From Octopus sinensis (taxonomy: Eukaryota): a DNA stretch of 30,426 bases. The stretch's first letter is position 1. Every line of letters starts with the position of its first letter. The stretch spans positions 1 to 30,426 of the forward strand of contig NW_021832621.1 in the NCBI RefSeq assembly GCF_006345805.1, written 5' to 3'. This document shows, one piece after another, positions 12,505-24,984 of the stretch. The position numbers were made by a program, and so were the translations under genes. Below the pieces are notes generated by a model. The model was not told where the DNA came from. It was given only the letters and a program-made list of their open reading frames with translations, and made no database searches.

Positions 12505-12950
12505 CAGCAGTGCTTATTAAATCTTGTACTTATTCTATCGGTCTATTTCGTCAAACCGCTAAACTGCGAGTACGTTGACAAACCGATACCGGCTGTTAAG
12601 CGGTACAAACACAAACACAACGACGTACACATGCACACACACACTAATACAAATCACACACACAAACACACACACACACACTCTCACCTACGCACTCATA
12701 CACACACACTCTCATGCATACACTAACACAAACCACACAGACACAAACACATACACACTCACGCATACACTAACTCAAAACACACGTACAAACACACGCA
12801 CACACTCTCACGCACGCACACATACACACACTCTCACGCACACAAACACAAACTACACACACACATGTCTATATGCACGACGAGCTTCCACGCAGTTTCA
12901 GTCTGTCGAATTCACTCGCAAGACATTGGTCGACCCGCAACTGTTATAAA
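12505..12950 (-). mobile_element. Degenerate family A SINE
   Basis: gtacttattctatcggtct...aaaccgctaa...(CA)-rich tract...cgacgagctt...cagtttc...ttggtcgaccc is colinear with 10921-11481. Confidence 0.65.
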
Positions 12951-12989
12951 AAACATGTCTTGTGGCGGTGTTGGTGGGGGTCGGGGCGG

Positions 12990-13660
12990 TTGCGCATCTA
13001 TCGAGAAAGAACTCAAATGACTTTTACATGTATAAAAATAGTAATTTTCTCGGCCACATCTGTTCATGTACTTGTTCTCCGCAACCTCGGTGGAGTGCAG
13101 CTCAGGGTTCATCTTATGATCTTCGGGATTATAAAAAGCTGGGGTTCCGTCCAGATCTTACTCGAGCTCACATACTTGCCCATCACGTTCGCATTCGTCA
13201 CATGCGTGTACTCTACAGCAGAGGTGGCGACAAGTCATAGGTCAGCGTCAGTACCAATATCTCTGGCTAAGAATCTCAAGTGTCTCACGATGTACTGCAA
13301 CACAAGCAAGTTGACTGTTTCGTGAGAACCCAACACTTCTTGAGAGCTCCTTTATCTTTGGTTTTAAAACCCGGATGACACTTTCATATGCCCTGACCTG
13401 GTTGATAGGCATCAACTCCTGCTACACATCGGCCATCGCTTCAACCATGTCCTCGTCCGGATGCATATAGGAATTCCTCAATCTATGTTATGTTCCATTT
13501 CATAGCCCATTACTGGATATATTTGTTGAGCAAGGAGGTACTGACTTTTGTCACATACCTCTACCATAGCTTCTTATATCTTGAGCTGGCTGATATCGAA
13601 GAATCCTCAGTGGCTTTCCGGCGTTGCTAGGCTGAGTTCCTTGTTGATGCTTTTGTTTTT
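12990..13660 (-). pseudogene. Unidentified intronless decayed reading frame (about 205 codons, 7 stops, no frameshift)
   Basis: ...SYMHPDEDMVEAMADV*QELMPINQVRAYESVIRVLKPKIKELSRSVGFSRNSQLACVAVHRETLEILSQRYWY*R*PMTCRHLCCRVHACDECERDGQVCELE*DLDGTPAFYNPEDHKMNPELHSTEVAENKY. Looks protein-like; family not recognised. Confidence 0.4.
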
Positions 13661-14944
13661 GTCATTAAAATTTGCGTTTTCACTTGCCAAGCTGTTACTT
13701 TACGTTCACGCCTCAAACAATTTCTAAGAATATTTTGTTGAAAATTGTGAAAATGAAAATATAGAAAAATACAAAGGAAACGCAGAGGAAAAAATTACCG
13801 ATAATTTAACAACTAGACGCAGTTGCAAACATGTACTTCGGAACATTTACGGCATCACCAGCGAATGGATTTGCAATGTAAATACAAATTCCGTTGACGA
13901 TCGAAGTTTCCACGATTCGGAAAATCAGAAAAAGAAATTTGCCAACGTTACGTGCGGAGAATTTTGAAAATGTGACACTTGTCGGAAAAGGTTTGGGAAA
14001 ATTTCTTCCTGCTTTCACCGACAATTTTATGAAATGAATGGTAAGACAAGAAGTGGAACTTTCAATGTACGCTCAAAGTAGCAACTAGAAGAAGCTTGAC
14101 TGATGTGTGTAGTGATGGGATGTCCATCGAATTTGACAGCCAATGCGGGAGTGAGGAAGTAGTCGAGCTGGTGTAAGACAAACGTAACTATTGACTGCTG
14201 CCCCAATATATGGGATATTGTAACATGATACTCACGACTAATGACAGATGGTTTGAGGCGTGCCAAAACCATAGCATCACAATATGGTTCGTATTTTAAG
14301 GTAGATGCAATTGACAGTGTAACTTCAACTACAATTCAAGGCGAAATGAGAGCCGGAAGACATTAAATTAGCAAGAGATCGCCTTTGAAATGAAGGAAGC
14401 AAAGATTTTCTGGCTGTGCGAGTGGACGTTGTGCAGACGATAAACAAATGTCGATTAAGCTATCCTTGTTAAGCTCAAAGAATCTGAAAGTAGATAGACC
14501 GAAGCATGTAATGTTGGAAAGATTGAGAACGAAAGGCTCTTATGAATCTTTGCGGACCAAATGTTTTGCTTTTTATGGTTCCAGCTGTTTGTGTTTTGAA
14601 GTGAAATCTTGCTCTGGTGAGCTTTCTCTTCTATTCTCTTGGAGTGCAGAAAATAATGCCAAGTACAGTGACCAATAGATTTGCTGTCCTCCAATTTTCA
14701 AATCCGCAGGCCTTGTGTGGAAATTAAGGGGTCTTCTTCTTCTTCTTCTCTTCTCTTCTTCTTCTTCTTCTTCTTCTTCTTCTTCTTCTTCACCACACCA
14801 CTATCTCCTCCTCCTCCTCCTCCTCTACTACTACTACTTTTCCACATAACAATCTCTATTCTTCTCCCCTGCTTCCCAGTATCATCAACATCATCATCGT
14901 CATCATAACCACCACCACCACCGCCACCACAGTATACTACTAAA

Positions 14945-16530
14945 ACCTAGTATTAGCCATGCTAGAAAACGCTACCTTCTACGAAATAGTTGTAAACTAT
15001 AAACACCAAAAAAAAAAAAAAAAGGGAGAATCTTGCATCTTTAATTCATGGAAAAGGCCTGACAGGAAAAGAAACAGATTATAACACGAACTTTAAATCT
15101 AAATCTAGTTTTTTGTACGTTCCACCTAAAATACACAAGAGCAACATATTCAATGAAGCCTTCAAACAATCACCCGGCAAATACTTAAATATCTTAGCGC
15201 CAGAAGATTTAAAGTTAAGACACATTATAGCTGACCCAGTCTGTGAAATCCACCCCCTAAGAATTTTTCTTGATATTCTATTGAAACCGTTGCTGAAATA
15301 CATAAGAAAGTTTCATTAGAGACGATCTACATATGCTTGAGCACCTTCCAAAAACAATTAATTAAGAGACATTATTGGTTTTCTTCGATATCATTAATCT
15401 TTACACCAATATATTACATTACTATGGTATAGAAGCAATAAAATTCTGGATGGAAAAGTACCCCGAAGAACGTCCGGAACGCATAAACCAGGTTTTAGTT
15501 ATTGGAACTTAAAAATTTGTACTTCAGATCGATCATTTCTCATTTCATTAACACTTAATATCGTAAAACAGACAGGATTACAATGGGAATGAAAGCAGCC
15601 CCTGTTCTTGCGAACCTAATAATGGAAGATTTTGAATTCACCATATATGAAGTGTCACTGCAAAAATATGGACATTAATTTCACCAGTATATAAAAGAAA
15701 ACTGGAAAAGATTTCTTCTTAGCTGACGCCACTCGAAACACATCAAAAGAAATAATCCCTTTCATTTAGCAAAAAGGATTTGTCTGGCGGAAATACCGAT
15801 AAATTCTATCTTCAAGACCTCAGAACAACACTGACTGAGAGACAATATCCATCCTCACTTATAGTCGATGGAATTAAGCAAGCCAAAAATATTAGGCATT
15901 AAAACACCACATCTTAAGACACTACACTACAGTATATATGAGCTTACAACCCTAGAAATAATGGGGCATACGATACTATTATACAAAATCTACCTATTCT
16001 CATTAGGTATCCCAAAATAAGCAACATCCTGAAAACACATAAATTCATCAAATGCAAAAAGCAACACAAATCACTGAAAGAACTTCTGACAAGTGCGAAG
16101 CTTTACACAACGACCACGAAACCAATGGTTAAAAAATGTGGATGCCCAAACTGTGGAACATGCTCTAACCTGCTGTAAGGCTTGGAATTCATATTCAAAC
16201 AAGAAGAGAGGTTCACAATTAAAACCAACTTCACTTGTGATTCCGAGAATCTAATGTATGTTATAACTTGTTCAGGTTGTGAACATAACTATATAGGACA
16301 AACAAGTATGGCCCTTAGACGGAGAACCACACTAGATAAGGAACAGACCCGTTTCTCATAGTACAGAGAGATTGCTTTCACTGAACACATGGTAAGATGT
16401 GCAGGTAATATCCAACCAAACTTCACAATTTTCCCCATCTGCCAGTTCAAAGATACAATTTCTGTACAAGAACGTTTAAACAAAAAAATCTATTTGTTGA
16501 AAAATACAGAACACGCCTAAATATGAAGGC
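14945..16530 (+). mobile_element. Decayed Penelope-like retroelement (RT + Cys linker + GIY-YIG endonuclease)
   Basis: Frameshifted translation gives YVPPKIHKS...LRHIIADPVCE...LDILLKP, MGMKAAPVLANLIM, HSKHIKRNNPFHLAKRIC, KKCGCPNCGTC and NFTCDSENLMYVITCSGCEHNYIGQT (GIY-YIG-like). Many stops; the xxDD region appears deleted near 15718. Confidence 0.9.
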
Positions 16531-16984
16531 ATAACGAACTTTGGTCTCAGTGTATATTTTAATTCATGTTCACATACCCATCACTGTAAATACTTCATCT
16601 CACCACATTCGTTTTTGAGATTTGTATATCTATTCATCCCCTCCCCAAATAATGATTACCTGCTTGTTGGTTCATTTCATTCGTAAACACCCATATATAA
16701 CACGGGCTAAAATCTTAAGGAAATGCAAAATTACAATAATTTCAATGTAATTATTAGCGAAAGCGAAACCGGTCGACAAACACAATATTCCTTCACCTAT
16801 AAAATATATTAAAAGATGCATTAAAACTATGTAAACTGTGTGCCTTTTCCTCCTTTTATTTTATTATTTTATAAATATATTTTTTGTATATATATATACA
16901 CATACATGTACATGCATGTACATAAACACATGTTTTTATAAATGTATACATTCGTACATATATACATTTATATGTGCGTGTGGA

Positions 16985-17550
16985 TGGCCACCACCCACAT
17001 TCTTTCACTATGGCCACCAGTACGATGAAGACTGCATTGCCTTCCCGGTTGGTGGTGGAGCCGTTGCCACGATAGACTCGGCCGATAGGCGGATTCGTCC
17101 TACGCGGGCAGCAGCTGTTCGGCATAAGCCCACAGGTCCGAAATGTTTGGACACTGCATGAGTGCGTGCAGAACGGTTTCGTCGCTCTGACCGCATCTCG
17201 GGCAAATCAGTCCAGTGAGTCTCGAACCGTGCCTGGAGAGCGTATCCCGAACAGGTAATATTTCTCGATAGTACTGCCAGGTTTGGGATCTTTGGTGATT
17301 GTCCGTAGGTCCTGGCCCGAAAGTTGTCCTGAACAGGCGGGTCAGTTGTTCTGCGTCGATGTCCAGATTCTACCCGAGAACGTCGTCGTACCTCCCCTCC
17401 ACTAATCGTCTATAGAACGCCTTTGTTATAATCAAGTCGCACAAGTTTGGTCCCTAACAGTAGAGTTGCTTGAGAGTAACGCCACACACGCGGTGCCATT
17501 CACCTAGCCTCGGTCTCTGTTTGATCCACGACTGCAGTTCGCCCAAGTCT
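16985..17550 (-). mobile_element. L1/Tx1-clade LINE 3' fragment (C-terminal CCHC zinc finger)
   Basis: GC-rich island. Minus translation ...TWQYYREILPVRDTLSRHG...ICPRCGQSDETVLHALMQCPNISDLWAY...AIVKEC fits the C-x2-C...ET..H...C motif of L1/Tx1 ORF2. Confidence 0.8.
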
Positions 17551-17553
17551 GTC

Positions 17554-17602
<49 letters not shown>

Positions 17603-17605
17603 CAC

Positions 17606-17639
<34 letters not shown>

Positions 17640-18037
17640 GTGTGTGTGTATATATATGTATATATAGGCAGATATATATATATATATATACATGCATGGA
17701 TACATGTACACACACACACACACACACACGTATATATATATATATATATATAATATATATACACGTCCACACGCACAAACATATGACAATGCTCTTTTAT
17801 ATTTCCTTATTCTCCCGCCCCGCTCCTCCCACCCATCCTCCATCTTCTCTCTTACACTTTTATCTCCAAACATTCTTATATATTCTCTCACACAACAACA
17901 CTTTAGGCCAATTATTTCATATCTCCTTCAAGCTTTGTACGAACGTGTTACTCATGATCATGTTAAGCGTGCCGATATCAATGGTAACTGCGATGATGAT
18001 AGCGATACGATTATTATTATCGTTATTAGATGATCAA

Positions 18038-18038
18038 A

Positions 18039-18100
<62 letters not shown>

Positions 18101-18177
18101 ATAATAATAATAATAATAATAATGATAATAATAATAATAATAATAATAAAAAATACTAATACTAATACTAATACAAC

Positions 18178-18208
<31 letters not shown>

Positions 18209-18214
18209 AATAAT

Positions 18215-18245
<31 letters not shown>

Positions 18246-18325
18246 TAATAATAATAATAATAACAACAAGAACAGCAACATTGGTTGTTATAATTATATT
18301 TTTCAGAATAGTCTGTCTGTCTGTC

Positions 18326-18376
<51 letters not shown>

Positions 18377-18393
18377 GCCTATCTGTCTATCTG

Positions 18394-18464
<71 letters not shown>

Positions 18465-18520
18465 GAGTCTGTCTATCTACCTACCTACCTACCTACCTAC
18501 CTACTTACCCACCTACCTAG
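18038..18520. repeat. Compound (TAC)n(TAA)n and (TCTA)n(CCTA)n microsatellites
   Basis: Direct inspection. Confidence 0.95.
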
Positions 18521-19029
18521 CTATATATCTATTATGCATACATACAGACACGCGCACATATACACACGCACACACACACAAACTGCGCTCGCTTATATGT
18601 GTTATATAATCATACCTATATCTTTATCCACAATGTTTTCACACATATGTAAACAGCCGCTCACTCTTGTATACACGTTTACACTAACACACGTATCGAG
18701 GTGGTAATTTGTATTAAATTTCTCCTAGAGTAGGTGACTGGAAGACTGAAATAGTTTCTTCTTTGTGTCGCTATGTTCATAAATCTCTTCTGAATAGTTA
18801 TTGCCAAAAGTTAATGTTTCATCGTAGCTTTTCTGAATCTGTTCGTTATTTGTACATGAATCGTTGCTAAATGTGCTGTGCTGTTTCCTTCGGTTTTATT
18901 TAGCAGATTGACTAGTTTGACTAGCGTAAGACTAGCGTAAGACAGATTTCAAAGATATCAGCAGACTGAAAAAATTTTCCCCCAATATATTTCTCATTAC
19001 TAGACGTCAACATTAACTTTTGCAATAGT

Positions 19030-19880
19030 TAACGCAGGCATGGCTGTGTCTAGCTTAGAAATCGTTGTGTACAGGCGCAGGAATGGACTGAATAGGCGCA
19101 ATATGTCTGTGTATAGGTGCAGGCCTGGCGGAGTATAGGCGCAATATGTCTGTGTATAGGTGCAGGTCTGGCGGAGTATAGGCGCATTATGTCTGTGTAT
19201 AGGTGCAGGCCTGGAGGTGTATAGGCGCAATATGTCTGTGTATAGGTGCAGGCCTGGAGGTGTATAGGCGCAATATGTCTGTGTATAGGTGCAGGCCTGG
19301 AGGTGTATAGGCGCAATATGTCTGTGTATAGGTGCAGGCCTGGAGGTGTATAGGCGCAATATGTCTGTGTATAGGTGCAGGCCTGGAGGTGTATAGGCGC
19401 AATATGTCTGTGTATAGGTGCAGGCCTGGAGGTGTATAGGCGCAATATGTCTTTGTATAGGTGCAGGCCTGGAGGTGTATAGGCGCAATATGTCTGTGTA
19501 TAGGTGCAGGCCTGGAGGTGTATAGGCGCAATATGTCTGTGTATAGGTGCAGGCCTGGAGGTGTATAGGCGCAATATGTCTTTGTATAGGTGCAGGCCTG
19601 GAGGTGTATAGGCGCATTATGTTTGTGTATAGGTGCAGGCCTGGAGGTGTATAGGCGCGGGTATAACTATGTTTAGGCGCAGGAATGACTGAGTATAGGC
19701 GCCGGCATGGCTGTGGTGTTAATAGATCTGCTTTTCAACCACGTGTTTTGCGAGTCAGTCTTCATATACGGCAGCTTACGTAAGTGTATTCTACTAACCT
19801 CGACTAATGCCTTCTGAATGGATTTGATAGACGGAAACTGTGTGGAATCCTATTCTATATATGCATAAATATGCGTGTGT
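19030..19880 (+). mobile_element. Degenerate family A SINE whose 5' head is expanded into a minisatellite
   Basis: Head-like cgcaggcatggctgtg at both array flanks; downstream ggatttgatagacggaaactg matches the family A body. Confidence 0.6.
19092..19659. repeat. 43-bp minisatellite, 13 full units plus a partial unit
   Basis: Unit ATAGGCGCAATATGTCTGTGTATAGGTGCAGGCCTGGAGGTGT; starts at 19092, 19135, 19178 ... 19651, at exact 43-bp spacing. Confidence 0.97.
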
Positions 19881-19999
19881 TAGTGTGTGTTTCTGTATGT
19901 GTTTTTATACCCCTTTTGCTTCATCACCAGTGTTAACTTATTTACGTTCGGGATAAAAGGCTGATGGAATATGTACTATACTTTAATAGGCTGAAAAAC

Positions 20000-20239
20000 A
20001 AGGTCATTATACCAATCATAAATACACGCACAGATTGAATTTCACTTCTTTACTATTCATAATTTGGTCAGCTATTCAACCAATAAACTGATCCAATGTT
20101 TGATTATTCTGCGGCCACTTCCGTTACATGACCTCTCCGCTTAACGTTGGCGATTAGCTAATTGGTTAAACAGCTAACCTATTAACGAAAATTAAAGTGA
20201 AACTGAACCAGTGCGTGTGTTTATTGGCATAATGACCTT
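20000..20239. mobile_element. Degenerate fold-back / MITE-like element
   Basis: 20000-20047 and 20195-20239 are inverted repeats (aaggtcattat.ccaat...acacgcac...tttcactt), with about 6 mismatches and a 3-bp indel. No TSD identified. Confidence 0.55.
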
Positions 20240-20726
20240 CCGGACATACAAAAAAATCTGTTTCAACACGCTAGTTCATATCAAGAACCTTGCAAACCAA
20301 ATACAAATCGAGTTCTTTGATTTTCTTCCATATTTAACATAACGTCTGTTTAAAGCTGTTTATTCGTAGACGATGGTAGAATAATATAAATCAGTCAACC
20401 ACGAGAATGGCGCCTCTCCATCATGTGTCCTTCAAGCAATTTTATTTTCTACACCTAGCAATGAAAACGAAATTTGATGAGACTTTTAATATTAGTCAAC
20501 AGGTAATATTGTTTTCATTTTCTGTCATTCTTTCTTGCTACTGTTTTTAATGCTCTCTACGTTAACTACATTAACATTAACTTAACTATTGTTTATCAGA
20601 CTGATGACGCCACTAAGTAATTTAATCTTAAAATGTGTGAGTGGAGTTTTCGTTAATAAGATTAGAAACTTTTAGACTATTTACCTCATCTAAGGAAGTT
20701 AATATCTTAAAAATATTTCTATCTAC

Positions 20727-20868
20727 TCAGGCGCAGACGTAGCGGTGTGGTAAGAAGCTTGCCTCCAAACCTCTTGATTCAGGGTTCGGTGTCTTCTACT
20801 ATAGCCCTAGGTCAATCAAAGGCTTGTGAGGGAATTTAATAGTCGGAAAGTGAAAGAATGCGTTGCGT
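20727..20868 (+). mobile_element. Family A SINE, 5' part with internal deletion
   Basis: caggcgcag...gtgtggtaagaagcttgc...gggttcg...gtgtcttctactatagccc...ggcttgtgag. Confidence 0.7.
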
Positions 20869-20871
20869 ATA

Positions 20872-20910
<39 letters not shown>

Positions 20911-21180
20911 ATATATATATAAGAGAGACAGAGACAGGTAAATACAAAGAAAACACCCCTTGTATTTGAATACTATGTAAATATTCTTTTAAAATACTTT
21001 TCATTTAATTTTTCCAAACTTTAATTGTTTTCCATACTTACAGTTGAAAAACTCTCAACGACTGAAACCGGTACTAAAATGTTTTTTATATTATTTTAGC
21101 ATTTTCTACCTTAACTTTTTTCCATATATATCAACTCGCGTATTCCTTTTCAACCTTCTACACACACACACACATACACA

Positions 21181-21220
<40 letters not shown>

Positions 21221-22139
21221 ACACACACACATACACTCACACACACATATATATATATGTGATGTATATTTGCCACTTAAATGTGGCTAACCTTAAAGGT
21301 GGATGCTACTGTAGCTTGTAGCCCCAGGAGGACACATCCTCCAGCTGGCTATTGACACATTTTCTGTGCCCTATCAGTATTTGCAAAGGGAAGTCATCCT
21401 TCCCATCTTCAATTTGACATGATACACACGGACTCGAGTTTCTGAGTATTTGACCCGACATCAGCGTACGACAATCACCGATTGCCGATGAAAAGTGGGT
21501 TCCCTTTGCAAATATATATCCTTTTTCCAGTGACGAAAAGTCACTGATTATTGCTTGTTTACTTTTTCGAAATCAGTGACTGCCCTAACCACTGGGCCAT
21601 TGTGCGTCCACTGCTGTTGTTGTCTACGATTTTGTTATTTTTCCGTGACCCATGTCTGCTGCGACCAAGCATACCCATATTAAACCCGTTCCAGCCATGA
21701 CCATCCTAGCGTTTTCTTCTATGCAGAAAACTGAAATCAACGTTTTCCTACGTTATCCAACGCATTACTTTCTGCAGTCAGTAGGTTGTGATTAGAGGTG
21801 GGTGATTCAGCCGCTATTTCTAACAGACCAAGCAACCACATAGAGGCTTCGGTCTTGATACGTAATTATTGTTGTTGTTGTTGTTGATATAAAATTATTC
21901 CAATGTTCCAATTGTTGCTGTAACCGATCACGTGACCTTGTTGCCTTTAAAACTTCTGTTTTCAGTTTAATGTTTCCATGGCTCCTATATAATTTTTGTT
22001 ATTTTGTTATGGTTGTTGTTATAGTTGAAGTCGCTACTCTTTACACACCTATCACCTCGTTCGTGATACAACTCTCCATATTGTTGTTATTCTTGTGTTA
22101 TTGCTATTCTTTACGTTGTTTACTTGATATGTTGTTGTT

Positions 22140-22419
22140 GTTGTTGCTCTTCTCCTTCTTTCCTTCCTTTCTTTCTTTTCCCTATTCTTTTTGTTCTTTG
22201 TTTCTTCGTTTCTTTCTTCTTTTTTCTCTGTTGCCATTCTTTCTTTCTCAGTTTTTCTCTGTTTATTTTTCTTCTTTTCCTTTCTTTCTTTCTTTCTTTC
22301 TTTTTCCTCCTCCTCCTCCTCCTCTTCTTTCCTTCTTTCTTCGCATGCTTCTTTCTTTCTTTCTTTCTTTCATTCTTCTCCTCCTCTTTCTTTTTCTTCT
22401 TTTTCCTTCATATGCCCCT

Positions 22420-22451
<32 letters not shown>

Positions 22452-22670
22452 TCCTTCTTTCTTCTCCCCTCTTCTTCTTCTCCTTCTTCCCTTCTTTTCC
22501 TTCTTCTTCTTCTTCTTCTTCTCCTCCTCTTCTTTCCTTCTTTCTTTCTTTTTCCTCCTTCTCCTCCTTCTCCTCCTTCTTCTTCTTCTTCTTCTTCTTC
22601 TTCTTCTCTTCTTCTTCTTCTCCTCCTCCTCCTTCATCTTCTCCTCCCCTTCCTCTCCCCATTCATGCTC
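22140..22670. repeat. Polypyrimidine (TTC/TTTC/CCT)n tract
   Basis: Direct inspection. Confidence 0.93.
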
Positions 22671-23368
22671 CTGCACTTGTTTATTTTCAATTATAATCTC
22701 TATCAAGTTTTATCGAAGAAAACAGTCACGCATTAATACTCCGATCAATTAACCTTATCACAATATTGCTACTAATTTCCAGCGGTTATCAATGCCGGAT
22801 AAACGAAAAGTCGTCTCAATACCAACTTCGCATAATGGCATTCAACATGAACAGCCCCCACACACCGACTCACCTACACCCATCAACACACACACAGACA
22901 CACACAGAGACACACATAGCCAACCTTGCTTCACCTCTAAGCAAATACACATATACACACACACTTATATACTCACGACACGAAGAACCTTTAAAAGTCT
23001 ATAGCTAACATTGCATTAAGAACCAAAGACATTAAAAGAAGCAACGAAAATCAAATTGGATAGAAATATGATAAAGAAAAAAAAAATTGTGTATGTTGGT
23101 AACGAAATATATAATAATTAAAATACTAAATATAAGAATTAAAGGTCTATAAACAATGTAAATAAGTAAAAAAAAAATAAAGAAATGTTTACTTAATTAG
23201 GCATTTAGCCGTGTTTTGCATCAGAAAACTGCCTCACGCTTCGCTGCAGCGAAGAGGAAAACTCACACACAACAACAAAAGTAAGGAAAAGATTAGAATA
23301 TGAAATAAGTAAAAATTAAGATAAAACAAGCAAGAAAATCAAAATGGCGAGTATGTAAATAATAGAAG

Positions 23369-23371
<3 letters not shown>

Positions 23372-23443
<72 letters not shown>
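23372..23443. repeat. (GA)n microsatellite, about 100 nt from the exon B donor
   Basis: Direct inspection. Confidence 0.95.
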
Positions 23444-23448
<5 letters not shown>

Positions 23449-23544
23449 ATTGTTTTAAAGTTAATAATGTTTTAATGTATTTATTTTCTTTTTTAAATAT
23501 TTTAGTTTGAATAATTTAATGTTTTTTTTCTTCTCTTTACTCAC

Positions 23545-23640
23545 TGTAGCAAAAATGGCGACCGTTGCTAATCCATGTGGAGAATGAATAGCGTGAGTGA
23601 AGTTGTTGTAGAGGTCGCTGTTGTAGGCAAGGATGTGTAC
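23545..23640 (-). CDS. CA10: CA10-like internal exon B, 96 nt, phase 0-0 (absent from ORF track)
   Basis: Acceptor tttctccacag|GTA, donor ACA|gtgagt. Encodes VHILAYNSDLYNNFTHAIHSPHGLATVAIFAT, which resembles the CARP YNxxLYxN...GL segment and continues exon A in frame. Confidence 0.93.
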
Positions 23641-24984
23641 CTGTGGAGAAAGGAAACTGTATGAAAAACAAGCGACTTAATGTGAACGTAAATGAACAAA
23701 GTTTAAAACACACAAAAGAAAAATGAAAACTTTTGTATTTATTAATATGAAGATGTCAAGTGTGTCGTTACTGGTGTTTTTGTTGTTGTTGTTGCTGTAG
23801 TTACTATTGCTGTTGTTCTTGTTGTATTGTTGTTGTTGTTATCATTATTACGATAATAATGGCGGAATCGATAGAGCATTCGAGAGAATGTCGTATTTAG
23901 TTAAGTCACTATACGCTCTGATTTTACATCATGCCAGAGCCTATAATTTCGTATTTTCCCCCCTTTCCCCAACCCACCTTTTTATTACTTAAGTCACAGT
24001 AATTAATCAAGGGTCCATGGTATGTTTCAGGGCTTTCGTCGCTGGTAGCGAAGAAAAGAGGAAAATATTCTAAGACCGGAGATCTATCTCTTGTGATTGT
24101 AACAGAAAGGGACGCCACAAAAATTACTACAGAACCATTTGCATGTACTAAAACGAATAACAGATTAAGTCTAATTCTAAGTCTAATTCGAATGGGCCAT
24201 CGTGCCTAAAGCACAATTGTAACATGAAACATGTCTTTCGCAGGTTGTGCTATTTAGTTAGTCATGGCGAGAGTTCATTACAGGGCAAAACCTATTTACG
24301 TGTCTAAGTATCATTCGAAGTTTGTACAAACATTGTTTTGCGAGGAATAACTTCATACGTATAATTGTTAATTATTAATGAAATACATTCCAACTCCGAC
24401 TGTACCTTCGTTTTTACAAACATAATACACTTTCGTTTCTTTTTCATTTTCTTGAAAATGCCGGGACGAATTTCAAAGAAATTTCTAGCACCTTGAGTAT
24501 CTTTCTCCAAGTGCTAATTTATCCTTTCAGTTACACAACAGCAGTGAATAAACCAGTTGAAATTTCAATCTGACTGAGTAGGATTATAAACAAAATCGTT
24601 CCAAATATGACCATTGCATGTTTTCATAGACAGCATATCTAGAATAACATTAACCTTCAATAAAGCTATCTTTTATGGTTTTACTTGCTTCCGTCATTAA
24701 ACTGCAGCCATGCTGGAGCACCGTCTTGGAAAGGTTTGTTTTTCAGTCGAATGACTATATTGTATGTATATTTTTACAATTAACAATATTTATTAATGGA
24801 GGAATATTTTTACTGGAGGAAAGGACAGAAAAACATAAAAAATATGAAAGATCAGATTATCGAGAAAAAAAAAATTCCCATAACTACTTATTCAAAGAAA
24901 CAAAGAATAAATAGCGGATGGGGTGGGTTGAACAGCGGAAGGTGGAAGAAGAAGGTAGCAGGTTTTACACCCCTAATGGCGTGT

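Noticed and set aside
12962-12992. G-rich run with G-quadruplex potential
   Set aside because: Only two runs of three or more G, on the non-transcript strand, at the edge of a degenerate SINE.
13800-14690. Coding-like unique stretch with short ORFs on both strands
   Set aside because: All frames I translated are stop-ridden or lack a recognisable motif; probably an old TE remnant but not assignable.
19092-19659. CRISPR-like regular array and 174-205 aa ORFs
   Set aside because: Units are contiguous near-identical tandem copies with no unique spacers and no cas genes. The ORFs arise only because the 43-mer lacks stop codons.
20601-20660. CTGATGA hammerhead core start
   Set aside because: No downstream stem II-GAAA-stem III. 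The similar ctgacg...cgaaac at 15723 is PLE coding sequence.
21528-21582. Alternative short hairpins (cagtgac/gtcactg; agtcactgatt/aatcagtgact)
   Set aside because: Stems of 7-11 bp next to a degenerate SINE-like head; not enough support for a switch.
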